Shown: one piece after another, positions 27,028 to 36,625 of the stretch
Position numbering within the stretch: the first letter of the stretch is position 1
Layout of the letters: each line of letters starts with the position of its first letter
IMG/VR virus record: IMGVR_UViG_3300020172_006270
Coordinates: 1 to 64,000 of that record
Reading direction: 5' to 3' (one strand)
DNA: 64,000 nucleotides
The notes under the pieces: generated by a model
What the model was told of the DNA's origin: nothing
Seen by the model: the letters and a program-made list of their open reading frames with translations, nothing else
Databases searched by the model: none
Position numbers and translations under genes: made by a program

Positions 27028-27311
27028 TGTTTAAGGTTTGGCTTACCGAAATGGAAAACAAAGGTTATGACTTCTACAAGAATATCCTTCTTGGTAAACT
27101 GAACCTTGACCGCACCCACGGCTTATCCCAAGGACTTGATGCTTGGGAACCAGAGCAGTTAATCAATGTTCTCAATGGACTTGGCGAGTTCAAAGAGTTG
27201 CGACAAGAAGTTCAAGATCAAGTCGTCGGGCAGATCAGAAGTCGGATGGGAACTCTTGGTGATCTCATCCGTATTATGTCTTCAACACCAACTTTAGGCA
27301 GCAATGGATGA
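27027..27311 (+). CDS. Hypothetical protein
   Basis: MFKVWLTEME N-terminus; AGGTGG RBS. Confidence 0.65.
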   Translation: MFKVWLTEMENKGYDFYKNILLGKLNLDRTHGLSQGLDAWEPEQLINVLNGLGEFKELRQEVQDQVVGQIRSRMGTLGDLIRIMSSTPTLGSNG

Positions 27312-28132
27312 CCACAATACTTGTTTGCGACCCAACGCATTATGGGATTGAATATGAAATCAATCCTTGGATGAGTGTCCAAAATCAAGCGGATCGAGAA
27401 TTAGCAATTCGCCAGTGGCACGGCTTAGTCAAATTGTTGAATGAAATCGGGACTACTGTACTGACCATGCCAGGGCAACCCGGCCTGCCAGATATGGTCT
27501 TCACGGCCAATGCTGGACTGGTATTTCGAGATCAAAGCACAGTCATGCTCTCGAACTTTAAGCATCCTGAGCGACAAGCCGAAAAGAAATATTACCAAGC
27601 ATGGTTTGAGGCAAACGACTTTGAAACATTGGAGCTTGCCTCATATTTTCATTTTGAAGGCGCTGGGGACGCTTTATTCAAAGAGCAAAACAGCAAAGAG
27701 AATTTCGAGAACAAACTCTACTTTGGATATGGGTTTCGCAGCGACTATGAGTCCGTAACGCACTCAGATTGGAGTCCCCTCTGGAAATTCCGCACCCAAT
27801 ACATTAAGCTGGTTGATCCTTATTTTTATCATTTGGATACTTGCTTTTGTCCTCTCAAAGATGATTATGCTTTGATTTGGCCAGGAGCTTTTGACGAAGA
27901 CACTGTATACGCATTAGAAGTTGACCTAGAATTACTTAGAGTACCAGAAGAGGACGCTCGCAAATTTGCCTGTAATGCGGTTGCCGTTGGCAACAAGGTC
28001 ATTATTCCAGCCGGTTGCGAAGCGACTAAGACTCTTCTGACTGGTGCAGGCTTTGAAGTATTCGACACCGATATGAGCGAATTCATCAAAGCGGGTGGTG
28101 CCTGTAAATGTTTAACTTTGAGGTTGGAATGA
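27308..28132 (+). CDS. Amidinotransferase / DDAH / arginine deiminase family protein
   Basis: INPWM, PDMVFTAN, FEGAGD, YHLDTCF, KAGGACKCLT. Confidence 0.92.
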   Translation: MTTILVCDPTHYGIEYEINPWMSVQNQADRELAIRQWHGLVKLLNEIGTTVLTMPGQPGLPDMVFTANAGLVFRDQSTVMLSNFKHPERQAEKKYYQAWFEANDFETLELASYFHFEGAGDALFKEQNSKENFENKLYFGYGFRSDYESVTHSDWSPLWKFRTQYIKLVDPYFYHLDTCFCPLKDDYALIWPGAFDEDTVYALEVDLELLRVPEEDARKFACNAVAVGNKVIIPAGCEATKTLLTGAGFEVFDTDMSEFIKAGGACKCLTLRLE

Positions 28133-28701
28133 AAGAATTGATTTTGATCCGTCATGGCGAAAGCCAATATAACGCTTATCTGACGGATCACTTAGACAGC
28201 GAGCTTACGCCTAAAGGCATCGAACAAGCTCGTATAACAGGCAAGTTTCTCAAAGAGCAATTTGGTGATATTCACAATTTTGTGGGCATCACTTCTCCTT
28301 ATCTGCGATGCCTTCAAACGTCTCGCATTATTCGAGAAGAGACTGGCTTGGAATTTACCGTGAATCCCGGTCCACGGGAGATCATGATGAAATATCAGGC
28401 TGCTGAAGTAAAAAATCAACAAGAGAAATTTCCAGAGTTCATCTGGAATCACAATAATGATCTGTTTTTCAGCCAAGAGTCTGATACACAATTCATCGCT
28501 CGTATAAAAGCATTCCACGATAGTTTGAATCATGAAAAGCTCGTGGTGATTTCACACGGTACGCCAGTCAATACGATTTACGAGTTTGCTCTTGGGTTAA
28601 AAGCCAATGCAGATACAGTAAATTTTGTAAAGAACTGCTCTGTTAGCTATGTTCGCAATGGCGAAGGTATTTGGTTCGGAAAGGTAGTGTACGACGAGTA
28701 A
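28129..28701 (+). CDS. Histidine phosphatase (phosphoglycerate mutase family)
   Basis: LIRHGES, SPYLRCLQT, SHG. Confidence 0.92.
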   Translation: MKELILIRHGESQYNAYLTDHLDSELTPKGIEQARITGKFLKEQFGDIHNFVGITSPYLRCLQTSRIIREETGLEFTVNPGPREIMMKYQAAEVKNQQEKFPEFIWNHNNDLFFSQESDTQFIARIKAFHDSLNHEKLVVISHGTPVNTIYEFALGLKANADTVNFVKNCSVSYVRNGEGIWFGKVVYDE

Positions 28702-31085
28702 TGATTTTCAATAAGCGACCTCATGGCTTGTGGCATCTTCACAAAATCCCAAAGGTATTGCACCTTTATTGGGGCGGCGAGAATATGTCTTTTTTGAGGC
28801 ATCTTACCGTTGTTTCTTTTCGCCAATACAATCCTGATTGGCAAATCAAAATCCACACGCCGAAAAACATCTACAAAGGGAAGCCTACTTGGGATTCTCC
28901 TGAATACTCTCGTAGCTTCAAGATGTCAGGGAGATACCTGGAGCAACTGAAGAACTACGACGTTGAATTTGTCGAACATGATTTTGAATCATATGGTTTT
29001 CGGAGTGATGTTCCCGAAACCTTTAAGGCAGATTATCTGCGATACCGTCTCCTTTCTACAGAAGGCGGTGTTTGGTCAGACTTCGATATTTTGTATTTCC
29101 GACCTATGATAATGGCTGCATTCAACAATGCAGAGAATGCCGACGCCGACACTGGCCTATACATAGAAAATGGATTGCCACATATCTCTTTTCTATTTAG
29201 CAGTGCCAATAATCCTATGTATGCTAAGTTGGAAGCTCTGGCAAAAGATAAACTGGACCTATCAAGGTATCAGTCTATTGGTGCCGAGTTGTTTGCCCTG
29301 CCTGAGATGCAGGTCGATCAGTTGCCAATCAATTTGTGTAAGATTGACAAAAACTCTATTTACTATTTTGAGTGGCAGCGACTTACTGACATCTTCGTTA
29401 ACGAAGCCGTATATCCAGACGACGCCGTAGGCATTCATTGGTTTGCTGGTACTCCTATCTCTCAAGACTTTGATTCTCAAATTAGCATCGAGAATGTCTT
29501 TCGATTCAACAGTACATTGTGCAAAATTATCGTTAAAGCCTTGAATCTCGGTATTGATTATTCAGCAGATTATTTACCTCAATGGCATTTGACTCGCATC
29601 CCCAAAGTTCTTCATTTGTATTGGGGCGGGCAAAATCTGTCCTACCTCAGATACCTTACAGTTGTGTCTTTTAGACAACAAAATCCTGATTGGAAAATCA
29701 AGATTCATCGACCGTTTTTTCCATATGATGGCGAAATCACTTGGGGAGATTTACCTCATTCCCAAAAGGGATTGGCGACGGCAGGCGAGTATGCTTACAT
29801 TGAAAAATTAGAAGACTCCTATGTGGAGTTTGTTGGCCATGACTTTGAAAAATATGGCTTCCATAACAATATTCCAGAGACATACAAGGCTGATTATCTT
29901 CGCTACTTGTTGCTTTCAACTGAAGGTGGCGTGTGGTCAGACTTCGATATTCTGTACTTCCGGTCCATGAATTCTGTCGCTCTTAACAAGCGAGAGAACG
30001 GGAACGTAGACACCGGCATCTGCATCTTTGAAGATGGTTTGGTCCCTATTGGTTTTTTGTTTAGCTGCCCAGGCAACCCTGTGTATGCTAAATTAGAAAT
30101 TCTGGCGAAGCAAAGATTGAATTTGAAGAAGTATCAATCTATTGGTGCCGATCTATTCTTTCTTCCTGAAATGCGACTCAATAAGTTTCCAATCAATGTC
30201 GGGTTGATTTCTAAAGACACTGTATACGCATTGGATTGGAGTCGCACCAAAGACATTTTCATCAACAACGTGCCTCTTGAACAAGACACTATTGGCATCC
30301 ACTGGTACGCAGGAGATTTGATCGCTCAACAGTTTAATGATCGCATCACGCCGGACAATGTTGCCTATGGCAACAGCACGTTGTCTAATACGATCATGAA
30401 GCATCTTGACATCAAAAGAAAGCCCAAGTCAGTCTCAGTATTGATTCCATCTTTCAAACGAGCCGAACAACTGCGTTGGAATTTATTCTCATTGGCAAAC
30501 CAACAAACTGAGTTCGATTTTGAAGTTATCGTTTTGAACGATGGGTTCAACGACGACGAGACAGAACATATTTGTCGCTTGTACAACAAGCGTTTGCAGC
30601 TTCGATACCTGTTTACAGGGCAAAGAAACAACGGCACCCTAGCTAGGAAGCTCAAGCACCAAGGAGCCAAGGAAGCATTGGCTGTGGGTCTTGACCAAGC
30701 AGTTGGAGAAACCATAGTGATTGCAGGAGCAGAAATGTTTCTGCCTCAACGTGACACTTTGGATAAGTTGATTAAAGCGGCTAAAGCTGATTCAACTGCG
30801 GTAGCGGTGACTCACGTTGTTGACGATCTTGATGGTTCTTTATTGAAAGAACTGAATGACAATTTCGGCACTTTGGGAGACTTCAAAAAAGACAAACAAA
30901 TGGTTGTCTTTAGAGATGTGTCTGATGTTTTTGATAAGCCATATTTGATTGCTTATCAAAAAGACCTCGATAGATCAAAGGCACACATGGTACAAGTCGA
31001 AGCTGAAGCCATCCACTTGTACCACGGGCAGTCCAATGCTAAACGAAGTTATCATGTGATTGAGGCTCTGCAAGCAACTGATTGA
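28701..31085 (+). CDS. Multidomain glycosyltransferase: two GT32 (DXD) domains plus a GT2-like domain
   Basis: IPKVLHLYWGG...ADYLRY...EGGVWSDFD...IHW occurs twice; then SVLIPSFKR...LNDG. Confidence 0.85.
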   Translation: MIFNKRPHGLWHLHKIPKVLHLYWGGENMSFLRHLTVVSFRQYNPDWQIKIHTPKNIYKGKPTWDSPEYSRSFKMSGRYLEQLKNYDVEFVEHDFESYGFRSDVPETFKADYLRYRLLSTEGGVWSDFDILYFRPMIMAAFNNAENADADTGLYIENGLPHISFLFSSANNPMYAKLEALAKDKLDLSRYQSIGAELFALPEMQVDQLPINLCKIDKNSIYYFEWQRLTDIFVNEAVYPDDAVGIHWFAGTPISQDFDSQISIENVFRFNSTLCKIIVKALNLGIDYSADYLPQWHLTRIPKVLHLYWGGQNLSYLRYLTVVSFRQQNPDWKIKIHRPFFPYDGEITWGDLPHSQKGLATAGEYAYIEKLEDSYVEFVGHDFEKYGFHNNIPETYKADYLRYLLLSTEGGVWSDFDILYFRSMNSVALNKRENGNVDTGICIFEDGLVPIGFLFSCPGNPVYAKLEILAKQRLNLKKYQSIGADLFFLPEMRLNKFPINVGLISKDTVYALDWSRTKDIFINNVPLEQDTIGIHWYAGDLIAQQFNDRITPDNVAYGNSTLSNTIMKHLDIKRKPKSVSVLIPSFKRAEQLRWNLFSLANQQTEFDFEVIVLNDGFNDDETEHICRLYNKRLQLRYLFTGQRNNGTLARKLKHQGAKEALAVGLDQAVGETIVIAGAEMFLPQRDTLDKLIKAAKADSTAVAVTHVVDDLDGSLLKELNDNFGTLGDFKKDKQMVVFRDVSDVFDKPYLIAYQKDLDRSKAHMVQVEAEAIHLYHGQSNAKRSYHVIEALQATD

Positions 31086-32133
31086 TCGCCCTGTTCTTGT
31101 CGTTGAACATGCAACGAGTGCAATTTCTGGCGTCGAAGCCACCAAAGAATTCTTGTTTGTGTTGACTATCCCAAAGGTCTTTGAAGCTCATCTCTTTGAT
31201 GCTGCCGATCTGACCTTTTTTGTTGTAGGCATTCACACAGCATGTGTAGACATGCTGATCTCCACCAATGTATGTTGTGAAACTCATATAGCCACATCTT
31301 TGGTAGTCAGGCGTGCCTTGTTCTAGGTCAGCATATCGAGAGTTAAAGTTGTTGAACACTCTGAATTTATCATCGTTCAAATAGGAGATGGTTTCTATCT
31401 GTTCTACTATTTCATCATGTATTCCATCATAGAATCGTTCTTCGTCGTTTTGAAACACAGCAGATAGCCTTACGTTGTCAACGCCCCAGGCTTTGAACTG
31501 CTTCATGGCAATCGCTATTTCTTTGTAGTTTTCTTTTGTAACCACAAAGCCTATACCGACAGTAGCACGCCGATTGGGAATTGATGTAAGATACCGGACG
31601 TTCTTCTCGACAATGCCAAATTCTTGTTTAGGCACATTTCTGATGCCCGAATAAGTCTCAGGTGTTCCAGCATCAACAGAGATTCTGGTCCAGGTGGCTT
31701 TGGCTATGATGTCGGCCCGCTTCTGATTTAATAGAAGACCATTGCTGACAAGAGCTAGATCAATGTTCTTTGAAAGAATCATTTCACATAGTTCATTGAA
31801 GTTAGGGTGGAGCGTCGGTTCACCACCGCCAGTAATCTGAATTGCTCGCACGCCCATTTTTGCGCAGTCTTCTACTACTTCTTGTAGTTTAGGCCACGGG
31901 ATCATTCGTCTGGGGTTGTTGTTTACCTTGCCGTTATCGTCAATAATCTTGAATAGCTCGTTGCTGCTATACCCACTCATGCGGTACGCACAAAAGCTGC
32001 AATCTTGGTTGCAGTAATCAGACACGATCAGTTGAACGTGAACAGGATAGGGCTGCTTGTTTTCACGCAGTTGGACTAATTGGTTCAGGTGCAGGCTCGC
32101 TTTGTTGCTTGCGTATGGTTCCATTGATGGCAT
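31039..32133 (-). CDS. Radical SAM protein with SPASM/twitch domain
   Basis: CNQDCSFC, TGGGEPTLH, C-terminal CC...CTRC. Confidence 0.92.
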   Translation of the reverse strand: MPSMEPYASNKASLHLNQLVQLRENKQPYPVHVQLIVSDYCNQDCSFCAYRMSGYSSNELFKIIDDNGKVNNNPRRMIPWPKLQEVVEDCAKMGVRAIQITGGGEPTLHPNFNELCEMILSKNIDLALVSNGLLLNQKRADIIAKATWTRISVDAGTPETYSGIRNVPKQEFGIVEKNVRYLTSIPNRRATVGIGFVVTKENYKEIAIAMKQFKAWGVDNVRLSAVFQNDEERFYDGIHDEIVEQIETISYLNDDKFRVFNNFNSRYADLEQGTPDYQRCGYMSFTTYIGGDQHVYTCCVNAYNKKGQIGSIKEMSFKDLWDSQHKQEFFGGFDARNCTRCMFNDKNRAINQLLAEPQSHDNFV

Positions 32134-33121
32134 CCTTATATCGCTGTTCGTATTCTGGAACTAATTCTGGGTCTAGCGTCCATTTGTCGCCGACAACTGG
32201 ACACTTTATTTTATCTTTAAGAGAGTCGGGCATTACACCCCAAAGAATTACCACGTCACATTCTTTGAGAATCTCTTCTATTCTTTCGTCGTGTTCGCCG
32301 ATTGTGAAATCATGCCTACGTTCGTAGGTGATGTGGCGATAAGCGAAATCGTCGGTGACTTTGTTCATCATATCGACGAACTTCCAGCCTTCTGAAGTAT
32401 AGGTCTGGGAAATGTATGCAGCTTTATATTTGCAAACTTTCCATCGAGCCATTGCTCGTGCCACGGCTGATTGAGTCCAACCCTCTGGGTTATTGACTCT
32501 GTTGGTCAGGTTTTCAGCATGATTTCGCCATGTTCCCAATGTTTTAGGCACATGAACGAAATCACCTTGCTCGGACAAAAGCAGGTGCATGTAATAGTCT
32601 TCACATATTTCAGCACAATATTCTCCTGCTTTGTCCTTGGCTTCTTTTCTCCAAAGCCAACTTGGTCCCAGAAAACAAAAGTCTTGTAGAGCTTTTTTGT
32701 TGTACTTGGGATTTTTGTGTTCTTTGACGAAGTTAAAAACATCATCAATCTGAAGCCAATCGGCGTAAGCTAATGCTATTTCTGGCCCTGTTTTATCCAG
32801 AGCAGTCACAAGATACTCAATGGCGTCATCCATGACCCAGCTATCCCCACTAAGCCACGTTTGATATTTCCCAACGGCCTCCCTGAATCCTGTGTTTAAT
32901 GCCGTGCCAGTCCCAGAGTTTTTTGGCAATCGTATGCTTCGGAACCGTGGATCAAGTGTTTCAAAATACTTGATGATATTGGGCGTGCGGTCGGTCGAAC
33001 AATCATCTACGATAATGACCTCAAAATCTTCAAAGGTCTGGCATCGTATTGTGTCTAATGATTTTTCGAGGTATTTCTCTTCGTTCCACACTGGAACTAC
33101 GATGCTTACTTTTGGGGTCAT
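32063..33121 (-). CDS. Glycosyltransferase family 2
   Basis: SIVVPVWN, VDDCSTD, ALNTG, EDY. Confidence 0.92.
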   Translation of the reverse strand: MTPKVSIVVPVWNEEKYLEKSLDTIRCQTFEDFEVIIVDDCSTDRTPNIIKYFETLDPRFRSIRLPKNSGTGTALNTGFREAVGKYQTWLSGDSWVMDDAIEYLVTALDKTGPEIALAYADWLQIDDVFNFVKEHKNPKYNKKALQDFCFLGPSWLWRKEAKDKAGEYCAEICEDYYMHLLLSEQGDFVHVPKTLGTWRNHAENLTNRVNNPEGWTQSAVARAMARWKVCKYKAAYISQTYTSEGWKFVDMMNKVTDDFAYRHITYERRHDFTIGEHDERIEEILKECDVVILWGVMPDSLKDKIKCPVVGDKWTLDPELVPEYEQRYKDAINGTIRKQQSEPAPEPISPTA

Positions 33122-33179
33122 ATTGCCTTTCCTTGATTCTGTCGCTGTAAAAGAGATACTTCGGGCCGTTTTTCGTTGC

Positions 33180-33208
33180 TTTACACGGGAAGACTTCCGT
33201 GGTACAGT
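33180..33208 (+). promoter_or_regulatory. Sigma70-like promoter TTTACA-N17-TACAGT with an inverted repeat in the spacer
   Basis: 17-nt spacer, TG extension, CACGGGAAGACTTCCGTG dyad. Confidence 0.55.
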
Positions 33209-33241
33209 TTTAGGTCTTTACAACCTCAAAAGGAGCAATTC

Positions 33242-34177
33242 ATGGCAGAAGTCGTTTTGGTCGGTGGAATGCCTGCGGGTGGAAAAACTACAGTCACGAA
33301 ACGCTTTGTGGACCAGGGATACACCCGATTGAACCGGGATACCTTGGGCGGCAAGGTGGATGATCTCATTTCGCCCATGCTGGCTGCTCTCCGTGCGGGC
33401 AAGAATGTCGTCATGGACAACTTGTATGCCACCAAAGCGAGTCGTGCCGAAGTGCTTAAAGCGGCCAAGAATGCTGGCGTTGATGTTCATTTCGTCTTGA
33501 TGGATACTTCCCTCGAAGACGCCCAATTCAACGCTTGTTGCCGCATGATGGAACGCTGTGGCAAAGTCTTGCATCCCGAAGATCACAAAGACCCTAAATA
33601 CAAGAACGATCCGAATCTCTTCCCTGTTGCCGTCCTGTACAAATATCGCAAAGAGTTCGAGAAGCCATCGGTGGACGAGGGATTCGCATCCGTCAAAACC
33701 GAGAAGTTCGTGCGGGTATATCCTGCCGATTGGGTAAATGGTGCCGTTATTTTCGATTTCGACGGTACACTTCGCACCCATGTCGGCGATGAGAAATATC
33801 CTGTCTCCCCCGATCAGGTTCGTGCAATCAAAGAGCGAAGTGCCAAACTCAAGTCGCTCACAACGCCGCTACTTGGAGCCAGCAATCAATCTGGTATTGC
33901 CAAGGGCAAACTTACTGCTGAAGACGCCGAGGCGTGCTTTGCTGAAACCACGAAGCAGTTGGGTGTGGAGTTCGAGGAAATCCTGTATTGTCCTCATAAG
34001 GTTCCTCCGATCACCTGTTATTGTCGGAAGCCCGGTCCTGGCATGGGCGTGGAGTTGATCTTCAAGTACAAGCTGGACCCCAGGAAATGCACCTACGTTG
34101 GTGATATGACGACCGACAAAACCTTTGCCGCTCGCTGTGGGTTCAAATTTGTGGATCACACGGAGTATTTTCGATGA
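33242..34177 (+). CDS. Polynucleotide kinase/3'-phosphatase (P-loop kinase plus HAD domain)
   Basis: GMPAGGKTT, NRD, DN; FDFDGT, SNQSG, RKPGPGM, VGD. Confidence 0.88.
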   Translation: MAEVVLVGGMPAGGKTTVTKRFVDQGYTRLNRDTLGGKVDDLISPMLAALRAGKNVVMDNLYATKASRAEVLKAAKNAGVDVHFVLMDTSLEDAQFNACCRMMERCGKVLHPEDHKDPKYKNDPNLFPVAVLYKYRKEFEKPSVDEGFASVKTEKFVRVYPADWVNGAVIFDFDGTLRTHVGDEKYPVSPDQVRAIKERSAKLKSLTTPLLGASNQSGIAKGKLTAEDAEACFAETTKQLGVEFEEILYCPHKVPPITCYCRKPGPGMGVELIFKYKLDPRKCTYVGDMTTDKTFAARCGFKFVDHTEYFR

Positions 34178-34542
34178 ACGACAGTGACGAAAGGTTATTG
34201 ATCCATCATGGGTGGACTGTTGAATGCCAGTCTCCATTTGAAATTCGCCATGAAGATGGATCATTTGCAACAGGACAAGCTGCCGATTATGTTCTTTCTT
34301 CTCTCCGAGAAGAATCTGTGGTGATGAAATTTACCGAATTGGCTCTAGGAGCAAGATTCAAATATCTCGTTGGCAAGAAGCTAGACAGAGTGTGGATCAA
34401 AATCAACGATGAAGGCTGTGGACTGGTCGCACAATACGATCCAGAATACATCCAACACCGCAATTGGATGGGCCAGTCAATTTGCAGCTTTGCCGATACG
34501 CCGGAACAGTTGAAAGAACTTGACGTAATTCTCATGGAGTAG
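34174..34542 (+). CDS. Hypothetical protein
   Basis: ATGA-coupled ORF. Confidence 0.6.
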   Translation: MNDSDERLLIHHGWTVECQSPFEIRHEDGSFATGQAADYVLSSLREESVVMKFTELALGARFKYLVGKKLDRVWIKINDEGCGLVAQYDPEYIQHRNWMGQSICSFADTPEQLKELDVILME

Positions 34543-34544
34543 CC

Positions 34545-34829
34545 ATGTTATTGGAAATACACGATTCTGAAGTAGGTAATTCGCACGTCGCCTCTGTCAA
34601 GAATATTGACTACGACTACATGGCCGAACAATGGGTTCAGGATGCCATCAACGATGAGGTTAATCGTCCTCATTCCAAGTTTCCGCTCAGAGAGTTCATT
34701 CTCAAAGACGATCAAGGCGTTCGAGCAACGTGGCAGGTCCATGAAAACCTGGACGTTGAACTCGTTCACAAGTCGGAAAGATTTACTGGCGAGTGGGTTC
34801 TGAACCATCGGTTTACGCCACGCCGATAG
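34545..34829 (+). CDS. Hypothetical protein
   Basis: GGAG RBS; operonic. Confidence 0.6.
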   Translation: MLLEIHDSEVGNSHVASVKNIDYDYMAEQWVQDAINDEVNRPHSKFPLREFILKDDQGVRATWQVHENLDVELVHKSERFTGEWVLNHRFTPRR

Positions 34830-34832
34830 CAT

Positions 34833-34861
34833 TTTACAAATATGCTCCGATATGGTATAAT
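34833..34861 (+). promoter_or_regulatory. Sigma70-like promoter TTTACA-N17-TATAAT (near-leaderless)
   Basis: Consensus -10 with TG extension, 8 nt before ATG 34870. Confidence 0.7.
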
Positions 34862-34869
34862 CCGTCACT

Positions 34870-35571
34870 ATGAAACCATCATTCAAAGACGTGCTGCCAG
34901 AATATCCGGCGACTCGCCATCTTCCTTGGAAGCCCAATAACAAGGGCGACAAGCTGGCGACTCTTCAGGAAGCCGCCGTAATTTTTGATGGCGAAAGAAC
35001 TTGCGTCCAAGAGAAGATCGACGGTGCCAACTGCGGCATGGCCTATCTGAATGGCCATCCCGTGGTCCGAAATCGGACGAAGATATTGCGTAAGGGTCAG
35101 GAAATGAAGAACCCTTCGCAGGCACAGTTTGCGTCAGCCTGGAACTGGATGCACCAGAACAAGTCGATGTTTGACGTTCTGGACGAGCATGGCCCATATT
35201 CCGTATACGGCGAATGGATGATCCAACAGCACGGCATGGAATACGATGCCTTGCCGGAGTGGTTTATCGCTTTTGATGTGTACGATTGGGAGAAGGATCA
35301 CTATATCGACCCAAAGAAGGCCGATAATATTCTCCGGGCATGTGGTTTTTCTGTTATTCCGACATTGCTTTACGGCAAGCTGGATTCCTACGAGACTTTA
35401 GAGGAACTTGCCAACGGCCCGTCCATCTTTACGCTGGGAGCAAAGCGGGAAGGAATTATCGTGAAAGTCTCTAATGGGGAGTCGATCACGACGAAATTCA
35501 AGATGGTGCGGCAAGGTTTCGAGCAAGGCTGTTTGCTCGGAGACGAAATCAAACGAAACAAGAAGGTGTGA
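34870..35571 (+). CDS. ATP-dependent RNA ligase (Rnl2-like nucleotidyltransferase)
   Basis: EKIDGAN, YGEW, FDV, EGIIVK, FKMV. Confidence 0.88.
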   Translation: MKPSFKDVLPEYPATRHLPWKPNNKGDKLATLQEAAVIFDGERTCVQEKIDGANCGMAYLNGHPVVRNRTKILRKGQEMKNPSQAQFASAWNWMHQNKSMFDVLDEHGPYSVYGEWMIQQHGMEYDALPEWFIAFDVYDWEKDHYIDPKKADNILRACGFSVIPTLLYGKLDSYETLEELANGPSIFTLGAKREGIIVKVSNGESITTKFKMVRQGFEQGCLLGDEIKRNKKV

Positions 35572-35573
35572 AC

Positions 35574-36383
35574 ATGGCGAATGCTGATCGTCACTGGTTG
35601 GACAATCCTACGGCCCGTGAATATGACGGACCACGAGTTTGGGGTGGCGAAGCCACCTTCACTGTGCAAGGGGCGGCGTTCAAATCGCTGTTCTTACTTG
35701 CAATCCTAGCGTGTACCTTTGCCTACACTTGGCAACTGACCACACAAGGCTATGCAGAAGCATTTACTGCTGATGCCGCAGGCAAAATTCCTGACTCCAT
35801 TAGCATTCCCAGCAACGTGATTGGACTGGCCCTCCTGGGCTGTTTTGGCGGCTTTATAGTCGCTATGGTGATTATCTTCGCCAAGCATACGGCTCCCTAT
35901 TTGAGTCCCGTATACGCTGCCCTAGAGGGTCTAGCGCTGGGTGCTATCTCAGCCGGATTCGAGGCCAAGTATCCTGGTATTGCCTTGCAAGCTACGGGTT
36001 CGACTATTGGCGTTACTTTGGGGATGTTGACCTTGTACTCGCTGGGCATTTTGAGGCCCACCGAGAAGTTCATGGTCGGTCTATTGGCTGCAATGTTCGG
36101 TATTGTGGTGCTATATCTGGTCGATACGATCATGATTGCCTTCGGGAGTTATGTCCCGGTCGTGCATAGTGCCGGACCCTGGGGTATTGCACTTCAGGTG
36201 TTCATTGTCTTAATTGCCGCCCTGAACCTGATTCCTGACTTCGGCTTGATCGCTGAGTCCGCAGAGAATAAGGCTCCTAAGTCATACGAGTGGTATGCAG
36301 GATTCTCTCTTCTCGTGACTCTTGTGTGGCTGTACTTGGAAATTCTCAAGTTGTTGGCAAAACTCCGGTCCAATAATGACTGA
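35574..36383 (+). CDS. Bax inhibitor-1/YccA family membrane protein
   Basis: About 7 TM helices; YAALEGLALG; EWYAGFSLLVTLVWLYLEILKLL. Confidence 0.9.
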   Translation: MANADRHWLDNPTAREYDGPRVWGGEATFTVQGAAFKSLFLLAILACTFAYTWQLTTQGYAEAFTADAAGKIPDSISIPSNVIGLALLGCFGGFIVAMVIIFAKHTAPYLSPVYAALEGLALGAISAGFEAKYPGIALQATGSTIGVTLGMLTLYSLGILRPTEKFMVGLLAAMFGIVVLYLVDTIMIAFGSYVPVVHSAGPWGIALQVFIVLIAALNLIPDFGLIAESAENKAPKSYEWYAGFSLLVTLVWLYLEILKLLAKLRSNND

Positions 36384-36391
36384 GGGCAATA

Positions 36392-36625
36392 ATGGCACGG
36401 CCACGCTTTAAGGGCCAGAAGGTCATCACGGACTACTGGCTCCAATATTATTGTGGAAATCTCTGTACGTTGTGCGGAAACAGTGGTATCATTGATACAC
36501 GACGTACAGCAGTTTCCGCTGCCGGTGTGAATTCTGGTCGGCTGAACTGGTGTATTTGCCCAAATGGTCAGTGCATGAGGGCAGGCTACAAAGGTGAACT
36601 GCCACCAGCAGAGGCTCGACAATAA
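36392..36625 (+). CDS. Small Cys-rich (zinc-finger-like) protein
   Basis: CTLCGNSG...CICPNG. Confidence 0.6.
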   Translation: MARPRFKGQKVITDYWLQYYCGNLCTLCGNSGIIDTRRTAVSAAGVNSGRLNWCICPNGQCMRAGYKGELPPAEARQ

